Shown one piece after another: positions 26,114 through 39,699 of a stretch of DNA of 64,000 nt. A program made the position numbers and the translations under genes. Origin of the DNA: Podarcis pityusensis (lineage: Eukaryota); NCBI GenBank assembly GCA_964106645.2, contig OZ067038.1; one strand, given 5' to 3'. Numbering within the stretch: the stretch's first letter is position 1; every line of letters starts with the position of its first letter. The notes beneath the pieces are model-generated. The model was not told the DNA's origin. It saw only the letters and a program-made list of their open reading frames with translations, and made no database searches.

Positions 26114-29100
26114 GCGTGCTTTGATTTCTTTTTTATTGTGTCTCCAATACAATACTGCCGTCCTAAACATGCATGAAGCTTGGTTCTGTGCCGGCTAACT
26201 CAAAAATCAATCCCACTAAATTTAATCATAAGGCAAGATAGAAATGCTTGGAGTAATGCAAGGAATTTACAGAATTGCACCCCTGTTAGGAAATATTCTG
26301 CTGAAATTAATGGAATTACTGCTGCTGAGTAAGGATGGACTGGAACATTTTGCAAGGTGCAATAGCAGAAGAAACAGACATGTCATTATAAATGTTGTCA
26401 TAGTCTCTTCAACATCACTGAAAATCATATGCTGGTCATAAGTATGTAAACTGCCTTGAAATTCTCAGTCATTTCTCGTTTTTACACATGAGATGACCTC
26501 TGATGAGATCCAAAGGCTCTTTCACAGTATTGATGGTTTGCTGCTGGTCCACCTCATCTGCCATTTTTCAAAGCCATATTATAAATGTAACAATTACAGT
26601 TAAGACTGAAAATTAGGCTGCACAATGAGACTTCTGAATAAATATATTTAGCATTACACTGTTATAGGTCCATCATACACATCAGGGCTAACAAAAAAAA
26701 AATTGGTTGAGGGCTTCATTCCTTCTCCAGACCATATTCTGGCAGTGGGCATAGCCCAGGATGAAGTTCTCTGTTATCCAGTCCAGAACAAAGGCTACCC
26801 TGTTTCAGTCTCTACCATGACCAACTTAGATTAGAATATTTATTTTATGCAGGTCAACTCAGAAGTTAGCAATACTGGGTTTGATGAGGTTACTCTCAAA
26901 TAATATGAAAATATATTTATAATAGGTCAATACAGCTGCCTTGTGGGACATCTTCGGGAGATGAAAAGGCTAAGGAGGAAACCATACTCAAATCCGGAGT
27001 GGAGTTCCTAAGATGTTTGGATGGTGTCTTGTACACTTCCTTCCGGCAATCCCTGCAGCCAAGTTGGTGCCGAATGTATTGCTCTACTTTCCTTCCCCAA
27101 GAAGCCAGAAGCATTCCTGCTACCTATAATAGGACAGGAAATTGCAAATAAAGTAAAAAAAAAAAAAAAAAAAACCTCTTCCTTTACGCTACAGCAGCAG
27201 CAAGACTCTAAAATTTGGAAGGAGAGGAAAATCCCTACTGAAAACCAGTGATAATAGAATAAAGTACCGTATGTAGATTTGGCCATGATGACGGCCAAAA
27301 TAAGAAATACAAAGAGAAAAATAGTATTAAGTGGGAACAACTAGAGGCATATTTAAAAAGAAGCAGTATAAATATAAATTTACAAGTAGGGTTAAACATA
27401 TGAACACCAGTATACATCACAAAAAGTGAAAGATAAGAGGAGGGAAGGATTGGGAAGCTTTAGGAGTTGCAACAAAACAACACATACAAAAAAATGTATT
27501 GCTCAACTTTCCTTTGGACCAAATCAGCAAGTCCAAGAGGGGGCTCTTGTTGTCTGGGCAGCCCAGGACTCACATACAAGTCATCATATCTTCAGAGCAA
27601 ATGTCTATACTTAACTTGAGGAAAGCTAAGCTATGGAACTCCTTGCCACAGGGAGGCTGTTATAGCAAATAATTTAGCAATTTCCAAAGATATCAATAGA
27701 AAAAGCTGCAAGCTGAATAGGACAATCTCTGCCTCCATCTTACCATTTTTTGATTGGCTCTGCTCCCAGACCACAGTTTTGTATCTCCCGCCTGGTAACC
27801 AATGTCCCCACTGTGGAAGGACGTGTGGATCCAGAATTGGCCTCCACAGTCACTTACAGACTCATTGTTAAAACCATGTTTACGGAAGACAATCTTACTC
27901 TGCTACAAGTGATCGCCAAAGAAGAAAAGAAAGAAGAAGAAGAAGAAGGCCCTCAGTAATCTCAAGTGATCTCAAGTGGGCCCTCAGGGTAGAAAGTCTG
28001 AGAACCCCTGATGTAATATTTCAATTAACTGGCAGGGCAAGTGAAACCTCTCCTCAGGGACAATTGCTTGACCAGATTCCTCAGTGATTGACAATTTGCA
28101 TATAGCCACAACACACTTTGCATGGCAAATATAAATAAGCATGTGGCAATTATCCTTCTTTATTCAAAGGTCAGCACATCTTTCATCCTAAAAGAATGTT
28201 AAGTATGTGTACTCCAGGATAATTCACTTACTAATCGAAACATGTCCAAAGGCACAGGTTACACCACACAAGTTACCCTAAGATAACCGCAACACACATT
28301 TACCTGGTATTACAATTTTTTTATTTTTTCAACATAAACCATTTGTGTTAATCTGGTTAGCATTTCCTATGCAGGTCATAGTTTCTTCTTATTATAGGAG
28401 ACTGAAAGGGTTCTGTGGAGGAGCTGATCGCAACAATAGTCATGATGCATTGCAATCATTCCCCACAAGGATTGCCTGAAACGCCACATTATGCAAATAT
28501 TAAATGTCGGGGAAGAGCCTCTGCATATGCGCACACACACACACACACACACACACAGCAGATCTAGCCCCTGTAAGCATCCTCCATAAGGTAAGAGTAA
28601 GTAAACAGGGAAATTTGCAAACCTAACCTAGCAGCTGTTGCCTGGTAGGTACCTAGCAATATTTTCCCTTCTTCTTTCATGTTCCTTCTTTTGAGTCATC
28701 AACAAAGAGGTTTCTTCAAAGTTCCTATCACAGCTGCTTGCACACAACAAGCAAGCATTTTTTAAAAATCAATGTTACACTTAGCGTATTCATATATTAC
28801 TTTCATTGCAATCTTACAGACCACTTAAAGCAAGTAATTTCAGAACAGCTGGGGAAATATATGTGCAAAATTAAAAATGCCGCCTGCTTTATTCTCTTCA
28901 ATATAAGAGTGATATTACCAGTAATCTGTATTTCCCTTGTTACTCAATGTAATAGTAGTAATTGATAAATAGCCAAAAAAGGGAGGGGGCAGTGGATTTG
29001 GTGCTGATTGTGCAGAAATGTAATATCCCAGGACAAGAATGTGAGAAACATATTCAAAGCTTTGGTTGGAGTTTCTCAGCTAGTCATTTTATATGAGGCA

Positions 29101-29918
29101 GAAACCACAACAGCATACGAATAGAAAATACGAGTACAAAATGAGCAGCTTTTGTTCTTTCTTAAATAAAACTATTCACATGACATAAACACCCCCATAA
29201 ATCACAGCCATAAAACATAAATGTTCAAGGCATATATATTACAGTATATCAAACTTCACTTGGTGACACCTACAAGAAATAATAAAACATTCATATAGTC
29301 TTGGCAATATTGCACTTTATATTTTAACTGTGCTCTATGGGCATTTGCCAGGCATTGCAAAAATAGGCACCGATTTATTTTCCCCATTGTCCTTGACTTC
29401 AAATCAGTCAGCTTTCTAGCACAGAAAGTGTAAGCATTATAGGCTACATTAGTGGTACTCAGAGTAGACCCGTTGAAATCAATGGCCTTGACATCTGCTC
29501 TAGGTATGGATGTATACACATTATGGTTAATTTTGGTTCCAGGGTGCTCCCACTGCCTGAAGCAGAATATGCAATATATTAGCCACAATCCATATCTATC
29601 CTGTAGTTCATTGGGAAATACTGCTGTTTGGTGTGTTTTGCCTCAAACCAACTTCCGTCCAATTTGAAAACGCAAGACATGGTTAACCTGAGTTGCGTAC
29701 AGTTCAGATAGCCATCGAGCATGTGCAGATGGCAGTCTCCTTGAGCAGGAGTTTGCTGCAGGTAGAAGCTGCAAGCATGGGGGTGGGAGGAACCAGGCGA
29801 TGAGCAGCAAGTGAAAGCCCACTCCCCACTCTCTGATGTGTACACCAAGTGCAAATGTGATTTGAAAAGCAGCAGGGGGAAATAAAGTGCACATAGCCGA
29901 TGACAAAGGCAGATAACA

Positions 29919-29927
<9 letters not shown>

Positions 29928-29952
<25 letters not shown>

Positions 29953-29982
29953 CTAGTAACTCAGAAAAGTTGTTGAGCGTTT

Positions 29983-30018
<36 letters not shown>
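29928..30018. repeat. (CA)n and (AG)n microsatellites
   Basis: Seen directly (29928-29952; 29987-30018). Confidence 0.9.
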
Positions 30019-30022
<4 letters not shown>

Positions 30023-31543
30023 TTTTGAGCAATTTTTAAGGAAAACCACCAAAAATGACACTGCTGACATGGGCTGTCATACATCCAGATTTCCCCAGAC
30101 ATTTCAGCAATTTCCACCCAGACACTGTTTCTGATGGCCGATTCCCATCTATGTCCAGGAAATTCCAGACGTATGGCAACCCTAGACCTTTTACCTGCAT
30201 TTGGTCAATAGAAGTCAGCAGTGCTTTTTTCGGGGGGGGGGGGGACACAGGACGCAGGGGTACACATACCCCTAAACATTTTGTGAATCTTTGTACTTTT
30301 GTCCATTTACTGTATTTATATTTCCCAATTTGAACTATCAAATGGTGACTTTCTGGAGTCAAAATGACAGTACCCCTAAACATTTTTTTAAGGAAAGAAG
30401 CACTGGGATTCAGACAGGTAGTGCAATAACAGACAGTGCTGTGTGTCCTGAGCAGAAAATGAGCCTGTCCTTTTTCCTGGGCTGAGGTAATTAAAAATTA
30501 TTCCTCACAAATTAATACAGTGGTGGGCGTTCACTCTTATCACATCAGAAGGAAGCAATGACACTGCTTTCTGTGGCAGCAAAAACGAAAATACTGCTAG
30601 GCAACCCCAGTTGAAGCAGCAGGATATTTGGGGCAGCTTCTTGTACCTTTTCCTCCAAACCTTGTGTCCTTTACTTAATTTTGAAACTTAGTTGGTTAAG
30701 GCATAAATCAGGTGTAGTAATGTTCCTTAAATGTGAAGGTTTAAGACATTGTTTCTCTGAGCAACTGTCTGGGTTGCTTAGGCAGTGAGGCTGGTTGTGA
30801 ATAGAGGGGAAATCCAGTTCTCTGGGCACCCCTCCAATCTCTCCACAATAGAAATGGTGGACACCAAAGGATGATGTAAGCCACTTTGTTCTCTTAGTTC
30901 TCTATGTTGTGCTCAGCTGTGCTGGAAATGATGTTTGAGTGTTAATTAGGGTTTATACATGCCAGTTTTTCCGTGCTGGACTTACTAGTGCTGCAAGTAC
31001 TCTGTATCACTGGTTATATTCTAAACAACATGTAAGGCTTCAAGCTCTTTTTGGAAACTGTGCCTTCTGTAGTTGCTTGGTCATGAGCAGAAGCAACACT
31101 GAATAGAGGCACATTTTGTAGTTAGGTGATCTCTGATTTTTGTATGGTTTTTGTTTGTGGTTTTACTTATGATGACTGTAATCTGCTTTGCTTTTTTATG
31201 AGTAGCAGTATATAAATATTTTGTTATAAATGAATACATCAGTTTTTAATATTATTATTTCAACACACACTGGATATTGTGCCAATGTCATAGTCATGAA
31301 TTTCTCAAACCATCTTAATGAAGCTTTGTCTTGTTTTATATTTCCTAGTACCGTGACATATCTGAAGCACAATGACTATGTATATGGGGAAACAGACAGA
31401 AGCATCTTCTTCTTTTAAGTATCACTCCAGCAGCTCAGAAAAACAGGAAACATCATCAAGTTTGCAAACTTTCTTACTGTGAAATTTCAATTTTGTATTA
31501 CTTGTTTAGTTTCTGAGAGAAGGGGAGTGAAGCGGCATGGCTA

Positions 31544-31650
31544 CATCTATTGTTACCATATGTTTCTTATTGTTATTTACAGAAAATATACCTAGCATCT
31601 ATTGTTACCATATGTTTCTTATTGTTATTTACAGAAAATATACCTAGCAT
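31544..31650. repeat. 52-bp perfect tandem duplication
   Basis: catctattgttaccatatgtttcttattgttatttacagaaaatatacctag x2 followed by cat. Confidence 0.95.
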
Positions 31651-34396
31651 GTAATTCTTTGCTGTGTAGAATAAACTTTGTCCCAACAGATTGTGATGCT
31701 TGCATTCTCCAAAACGGGATTAGGAGTATATAATATTGGTAATACAGAGTGGGTACAATAGTTAGTAGCCCATATTTCACAGATACCTATCTGTGTACAT
31801 ATATAGAATAATAGAATGGGGTGAAAGGGACCCCAAGGCTCATATATTTTACACTGGTTGCTGCGGCCTTGACAAATAATCAGAATTCTCCAAGGCAGTG
31901 CATTCAGTGATTATGTGAAACTGTGGCTGCAACATCTAGCTACATTTTGGACATAATCAAATCATAACAACGGGTTGTATCTAACTAAGTTATACTCAGA
32001 GTAGACTCATTGAAATGAAAGGGCCTAATTTGTCCATGCCCATGATTATCAGCAGATCTACTTTGAGTAGCACTAACATTGGCTACAACTTAATGTATTA
32101 CAATCACCAGGCTACAATTAAACTTGGGGTGGCTACAGATGACCTTTTATCAAGTAGTCAAATGGGAATACCGTCACCTGTCCATGCACTGAGACAATTG
32201 CAGCTGATCAGGAGTGTGTGGCACTGGGAGTTTGCTAAAATTCCTTTCACCACATCGCCGCCAGATGCCAAAGATTGGCTCCCTGCATGACTGAATACTA
32301 CATGCACTGCATACAAGCCACTACCATATGGCAAACAGCTTTATCCCATAATATATCCAGAGGGACTAGTTAGCTAGTCGGTTTGCTCTGGGACACATGC
32401 TACAGTTTTGTGGTTACTTTCATAGAATTTAAGTTGCCCAGCTTGGCTTTCCATCATGTACCGTACCCACTTTGAGACCCGTATAACCATTATGAATCAA
32501 AAATCAATCGTGGTGGCACAGTTCACCTTTCTACCTTTATGAGAAAACAGTCAAACTATGTAGCAACCACTAATGGCCATAAAGAATTTAGAGGACAATG
32601 TTCCGCAATCCTTGCCTCAGGGGGTAACGAGTAAGGAAGTGCGCCACCTTTTGGATCATCTGTGCCACTTCAGCGCATAGTTTTCCTCATTTGAGTGTCG
32701 ACTTTGTCCAAACTTAACCTTCGGAATCAAAGACACTCTTAGGTACATACAAAATGTACACGTCAGTGCAGATATATAAGGTCAGATGAGCAACCAGATT
32801 TGTTGCAAGCGCTTACTACAAGCACGGTAGAAGTATGTGATTCTCCTGGTGAGAAAAGAGTGCTCATAAATTTGATGAGACTGTTCTAGTTATGAGCACA
32901 CAAGGTAGCTTAAACTACTAATTAAGTAGGAAAAATCGTATGATCTGCTCTTGTATCTTCGCTAGGCAGAGATCAACAGGTGAAGCTGTTCGCAGCATAA
33001 ATATCTAGGGCCTGAGGTGGCCCTGGTTTACAAAGCCCTGTACAGCTTTGGACTAGGATATCTGAAAAGGATATATACCCCTTATATAGCCAGCCAATAG
33101 GACGCCTTCCTATGATATATCAAACAGGTGCCATCTTTACTGTCTTCTGTCTTTTCAATGGGTGTTGTATCGCTTCATCAATCAATCTTTATTGATTGTC
33201 AAAGACCAGACAGCAAAATTAACAACAAAGCAATATACACTACATCCAAGGGGCGGACACAGTACATGAAATTGAAAATTCCCTCTATTTGCATTAAAAA
33301 TAGCACTTCTCAATGGCTGTTGAAGACCTTCCTTTCCCAGCAAGCCTTTTAAGTGGAGATTTTTTTAAACCCAGTCTGCGTCTGAATTTAAATGTTGTTG
33401 TTTTTAAATTGCTAAATCACTTCAGTGTATTTTAAGTCAAGTGATTCATATATGTGTATATACCAGTATATAACCACTTGCTATTGCCTACGTTTCAAAC
33501 AGCAGTTAAACACAGTTACAGAGGAAGATGAGAAACCAGAAAGCTCTAGGCATCACTATGCAGTGGTTTGTTTGTTTTTTGCCAATGGTATACTCTGGTA
33601 CAGAGTATCAGTTTCTTTTTTATAGCAGAGATGTGGACCACCCATCAAATCATCTGATGAAATCCCGACAACAGGTGATTGACATTTGGGTGGTGGAGGA
33701 AGATAGCAAGCAGAATTGAACTCTCCATGCATCACCTGATGGGCAGAGAGTTCACTGTCAGTGTCATTTGCTGCAGTTTTGGGGTGAATGAGTTCCCTGC
33801 AGGGGATTCCCTCATGCACTCAAACTGAGCAGAATTGAACCTTTCACTCGCCAGCTGATGGGCAGACTGCTCAGTCCTGTTTTCCGCAGGCTTTAAGCGC
33901 GTGAATCAGACTTTGGGTGCTGGCACCTCTTTATTTATTTATTATTTTTTTCAAAAATCACATCTGAAGTCTTCTATCTTCTAGCTTCTTCCTGTTCCAT
34001 TTGGACCAAAATGTTTCCTATTTCTTTTGAGGTCTGAGCTTTGTTAACACTGCAATCGGATTGTGTATTGCTGGCTATTTCTGAGTATAACCACCTCTGG
34101 TATATTCCCACGGGGAAGCCACAAAAGGGATGTGATAGTGTGAGTTGCTTGGCTCTCATGCTGTTGACTCATGGAGCTGCTGTTATGAATACTTTAACAC
34201 ATGTCCACATTGCAGGCCACCCCTTCCTTCTTTCAAAACTTTCCAAATATATGGTTAAATCAGGATGCGATATTGAGCACATACACCCTTGCATAATACC
34301 GTAATGCATGAAAAGATGTGTGAGTCACTTCTACTTTCTCTATCACCCTTCCTTGTAATTTGCAAGCTGGCCTTTATGACGGCTGACCTTTTGAAA

Positions 34397-34536
34397 ACAG
34401 GGAAGGGGAACCCATAGCCCTCCAAGATGGTTTTGGATTGCAATTCCTATCAGCCCCTGCCAGCATAGCTAATGGGCAGGGATGATGGGAGCTGTAGCCT
34501 TAAAACATTTAAAGGGCCACAGGTTTCCTAGCCCAG
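34397..34536. mobile_element. Older palindromic hAT MITE
   Basis: Degenerate relative of the adjacent element. Confidence 0.65.
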
Positions 34537-34551
34537 TATGATAATCTAAGT

Positions 34552-34688
34552 CAGGCTTCCTCAACCTTGGCCCTCCAGATGTTTCTGGCCTACAACTCCC
34601 ATGTTCCCTAGCTAGCAGGATCAGTGGTCAGGGATGATGGGAATTGTAGTCTCAAAAACATCTGGAGGGCCGAGGTTGAGGAAGCCTG
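34552..34688. mobile_element. Palindromic hAT MITE, young
   Basis: TIR caggcttcctcaacct / aggttgaggaagcctg; perfect 8-bp TSD atctaagt. Confidence 0.9.
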
Positions 34689-37099
34689 ATCTAAGTGTAG
34701 CCTATACTCTGTCTGCTCTGATTTCACTGCCATTTTTGTAATGTGAGGCAGCAGAACGTAAATATCACTGAATGATGTAAACATGCATGTATTAACATAT
34801 TAATATGTATTAACATGTTTTTTACCCTGTACCTGCCATTCCAAAATATCTTTAAGATGGCTAAGAACAATATCAATTAAAATAAGTAATATTAAAAAAT
34901 ATTATACAATAAATATATCCAGCATCTCAAAACATAACTGAGTATGTGACATAAACCTAAACAGTGACATAAGCATAACTAGGGAATGAAACCATATTGG
35001 TTATTCTGGAATACCACACACAGAAGAGTCTGGATTTTTATTCATTTTATTTCACATTTTCAGGTCATAATATAAAGCAGGAGAGAGGGACATTATATAT
35101 TAGATGAGATGAGAAGTAAAGCAAAATTAATTAAGCATAAATCAGTGAGAATCAATTTCATTAAAACTTGTCAGTTGACTCAATGAATAAAATAATGACT
35201 AAGTACAGCCCATAACTTTACATAGCTAAGCTTAAAATTCCATTATACCAATTACAATTTTTATATGTAACTATTAATCATAACGAATACATTAAAATTA
35301 AAATCTTTGAAATAATCAAGCTTCTCCAGCAGAGCTATTTACCTTACAAATTTGCCTTATAAAATCTTGCTTGTACATTGGTTAGTGCCATTTCTGAAGG
35401 TAACGACTTTTCACGATATCTTGCTATCCTCATTAAAAAGCAATATATTGACACATCAACCATTTTTATAAACAGACCAACAGCAGAACAGTTACAAATG
35501 ATGAATCTTTGCCCAATGTGGTATAAATTAAATGAAATCACAAAAAGTGAAAAAATAATCTTTTCTATTTTAGTGTTTATTCAAGAGGTGGTCCCCTTGC
35601 TTCAGATTATTTGATCAATTAGTGTGGCACAATATTTGATAAAAGTGAAAATGAACGGGAAGAAAAAACTTCAGGACCTAGGCTGGCATCAGTACCTGGC
35701 ATTCTTGGGTAGCAGTCATACCACTACTGATGTTTACACTGTTCCAACTCCCTTAATTGGGGTGGGGGGGATGCTCCAAGCAGCCCCAAGTGGCTGGACC
35801 TAGCCACCCTGTTCATTTCCCACAATGCACCTGATCTAGCATCATTCTGGGGCACTGTGGGAAACTAGAGAGTAGCCGGACACATCCATCGGTGCTGCTT
35901 GGTGCACTGTCACAGCAACCAGCTATGCCCACAATGGAGAAGGGGACCGACAGTGGACATATTGTCCAGAGGCACCTCAAAGCTGGATCTGGCCCTGTTT
36001 AGGACCATATCACAAATTATGTATGAGGAGTACATTCAGTGTTTCCTATAAGATGTGATGTAAGTACACATTTGAAGCTAGCTTTTCAGATACACACACA
36101 TGGGCACAGCCAGGATTTTTGTTGGGGGGCCAGGACTTTTGTTGGGGAGCAAAACCGAAGTGATTAGTCAGTTAGTTAAGTATTTCTATTGTTTTACTTG
36201 ACTGGGGGGCAGCTGCCCCCCTGCCCCCCTGGCTATGCCCATGTACACACACTGAAACAAAGAGGTATGCTCAGTTCACCAATGTATTCACTAATCTGCA
36301 ATATGGGAAACAGCCCTGAACTACCCAGTTATTACTGCCTAAGTTGCAGTCCTGTTCTCTGCAGAAAGGCATCCAAACCCATGTATTCCAGTGGGCTCCT
36401 TATGCATGCATCTGCAAAGCGATGGACTGAGTGTCTGCTGGGCATTCTCTACAACTACTTTCTTCCTGGACTCGAGTCCTGCATGCATACCTAGAGATTA
36501 GCTCAGTGCAACAAGTGTTTAGCTGGCAGTCATAAACTCTCATTAAACTGGATGATATCCTGCGTAGTACAGGCTAGGAGGAAATGAATACCTACTGATT
36601 TTTATACTCAGTAGAAAGCATTTGCCACTAGCTTAAAGGAAGAAAAGTATGAGGAAATCATGTCACCTTTGTATCACATCTCTCGTTTATGGATAAACTA
36701 AAGGAAAGCCCCTTCCCGTAAAAAAACAGAGTATATTAAATGTAAGGAATTCAAATCCCTAAGAACACATCCCTGAGTGTGTGAGACTCCAAAGATTCGT
36801 CATAAGCTTCCATCGTGTTTTCACCATGCAACCTTATGCATGTCTACTCATAAGTAAATCCCACTGTGTTCAACAGGACTCGCTTGCTAGCAAGTGTGTT
36901 TATGATGGCAGCCTGAATGCAGCAATACATTAAGGAGAGTGCCCTTGTAAATCTGATGGACATTCCTTTCTTTTCCCTCCAGGGTTGCTGTTGCTTTGGG
37001 CAGGTGGGGCGGTGGTCCTGCCTGACAAGCACATGGCTGCCTCTTCACGATGCAACTTCTGACCTACTATTTTGAATGAAAGCAGGTGGAGTCAAACAA

Positions 37100-38130
37100 C
37101 TGGCAACTCCGGGGCCTCATCCAGCCTCTTTAGCTCATCGGTTATCAGTGCAACTCCCCCAACCCTTGGCTAGAAGCAGGCATTTCTGGCAGCCGTGAAG
37201 GAGAGAAAGAGGCAGCGAGAGAAAGGCCAGGAGCCAGCGGGTGGGTCGTGGCCAATAATTGGGAGTAAGAGAACAATGGCGGGCCCTTGAAAGAAACTGG
37301 AAGGGAGCTCTGCGTGTGTGACCCCGCTTCTGCTCCCCTTCCCACGTTCCTGCCATGCTTGCCCAACTTTGGAAGCACAACAACCCCATAACCAGGCGCA
37401 GCCCAAAGTGCCTTGGCAACCTCCGCACCCCCTTCCCTCTTTATTAAGAGGGGTCTATATGTTTAAGGACCTCGTTCCGTCCTGCCGAAAGCCGGCCCCG
37501 CCCACCCTGGGGCCCTCAGCCAATGAAAGGGCTGTTTCTGCCACTCGGCGCCCTTTTTTGCGGGGAGCCTCGCGCGGGCGGCGTGGCGCGAGGAAGGCAG
37601 CTCCTGCCGGGAAGCGGCTCCCACCGGCCGCTGCAGCGCCACGCCGAAGCGGCGCTCCTGGCCGAGAGGCTCCGACTGCGGACGGGCACCCGCCGGTGGC
37701 AGCTCCTGCCGCGGAGGAAGGGGCCGGGCGGCTCCCCGGGGAGTCCAGGGCAGGCGCCCCTGAGGGCTCTCTCCCTCTTTCCGTGGGCCTGGGGTGGGGC
37801 GTCGAGGGGGGAAGCGAGTCGACGTTTCCTCAGGGACGGGAGGCTCTCAACGGTTGGTTTGTAGGTTTCTTCTTCTGTTTGGTTGTAATATGTATGCCCC
37901 ATACCTGCCACTCTTGATGGAAGTTGGTTCCTCGTGGCGCCTTCTTTACCGGTTTGGGATATACCTTTAAAAAGGCACATTTCGAAGCGCGTTCTTCCCC
38001 TTGAATAATTCTGGGCCCTGCAGATTAAGGGTTGCTGGGACTACATAATTCTTTGAGCGGTGGGGAAACGGGTTTCAGAGGTGTGGGGCGTCTGCAGCCC
38101 TCGTTGCCTCGAAGGCCCAAGGCGGTGGAA
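37100..38130 (+). promoter_or_regulatory. BTBD18: CpG island, probable BTBD18 promoter and non-coding exon 1
   Basis: CpG/GC-rich; CCAAT at ~37252 and ~37520; nearest island upstream of the BTBD18 first coding exon, which begins at a splice acceptor. Exon limits not determined. Confidence 0.65.
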
Positions 38131-39248
38131 AGGTGAAATGCATTTTTAATGCACAGCAGTGTAACAAAAATATCGCCACTTGACATGTAGAATTACAATG
38201 AAATAAAACCAGATACTACTGGCCTGGGGGTAAAACAGTTTAAAATTATCTGTTTAGGATAGTTTAGAATTAAACTGGTATCCTAAATAGAAGCTGAATG
38301 AAGCTTTTTGGGAAGAAAATTAGCTGCTGTTCCTTTTCTGATGGTCAGTTGTTTTTGGTGAGTGGGTAAAAAGCTTACATGCAGAACGAGGGCTTTTGCC
38401 TTAATTTTGGCACATAGGTGCAGAGAGAAACTTGCCCTGTTGAATTTTGGCCTGTTAGCTGTTAAAGACATTGGAACTCTACCCAGAACAACAATTAGGG
38501 TGTATACTCAAGATCGCTGGCAGTATCATCCTATGCATGTCTACCCAGAAATAACTTGCATTGAGGGAAGTGGGATTTACTCCTAGGTATGTTTGTAAAG
38601 TAGTAACCAATCTATACTAAGGCTGAAATTCTAAACACAGTTTAGCAGTTCCCTTGTTCTCACAATCAGGATTGGAGCAAAGGTAGATTTTGGTTACCCT
38701 TTGATGTGTATTTGTTTAAAGATGAGGATTCTGCTTCATGCTGGTGTTTGTGTGGTGCCATGGGGAGAAAGAGCAGGTGTTTTGCATGAATGCAGAGTCA
38801 AAGGGTGTGATCTTGTTAGGAGTTGAGTATTAGGCATACTAATATGTACTCAAACCCCTCCATGTGAAAGTTTCTCAGCTGGGGCTGGGTTGCTGCTTTC
38901 CTGTCTGCCTTAAATTATATACATAATCCACAATAAGATTAAAGAGCATATGGTAAATACCCTTTCACTTTAAAACACAATGATAACCAGCAAGATTCCA
39001 GCTAAAATAGCTGTAAGATCCACAACAGTAAGATCCACCTACATGTCTACAAGAGTAAAAATGTTTTCATCTGGCACCAAAAAGTTATCAGTGTTGGCAC
39101 TAGGAAAGCTTTCCTTGGTTGGGGATATGATTCCACAAGGTTGCCACCAAAAACAGCTAGTTCTCTTGCTACCACCCTCTGGACTTCTGAAGGAGACACC
39201 AGAGAATGTGTGACTTGACCTGTGTAAGTGTAAAACTAGCACTTAGAT

Positions 39249-39473
39249 CATGGGTAGGCAAACTAAGGCCCAGGGGCCGGATCCAGCTCAATAGCCTTCT
39301 AAATCCAGCCTGCAGATGCTCCAGGAATCAGTGTGTTTTTACATGAGTAGAATGTGTCCTGTTATTTGTGGGGCACAGAAATTAATTCATTCCCCCCCCC
39401 ATATAGTCCAGCCCTCCACAAGGTCTGAGGGGCAGTGGACTGGCCCCCTGCTGAAAAAGTGTGCTGACCTCTG
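39249..39473 (+). mobile_element. Non-autonomous hAT-Charlie element (OposCharlie1-like 3' end)
   Basis: atagtccagccctccacaaggtctgaggggcagtggactggccccctgctgaaaaag end; imperfect TSD acttagat/tcctagat; second copy at 61952. Confidence 0.75.
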
Positions 39474-39557
39474 TCCTAGATCTACATAATGACTTATGAA
39501 AAGATAAGAGATGGCAAAGTTCTGGTTTCCCCAACTGAGAAAGGATATTGTGGCACC

Positions 39558-39690
39558 GGATAGCTCAGCTGGTAGAACATGAGACTCTTAATCTCAGGGT
39601 CGTGGTTTGTGCCCCATGTTGGGCAAAAGTTTCCTGCATTGCAGGTTGGGTTTGATGACTTTCATGGTCCCTCCCAACTCTGATTCTATG
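39558..39690 (+). mobile_element. tRNA-Lys(CTT)-derived SINE with CR1-like tail
   Basis: tagctcagctggtagaacatgagactcttaatctcagggtcgtgg...ccccatgttgggc is a degraded tRNA-Lys head, followed by ggtccctcccaactctgattctatg. Confidence 0.8.
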
Positions 39691-39699
39691 GAGAAGTTG

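Noticed and set aside
37318-37980. 199-aa, 154-aa and 113-aa ORFs
   Set aside because: GC-rich CpG-island ORFs with low-complexity translations and no recognisable domain.
39558-39628. tRNA-Lys(CTT) gene
   Set aside because: T-arm/B-box and acceptor stem are mutated and it continues into a SINE tail.
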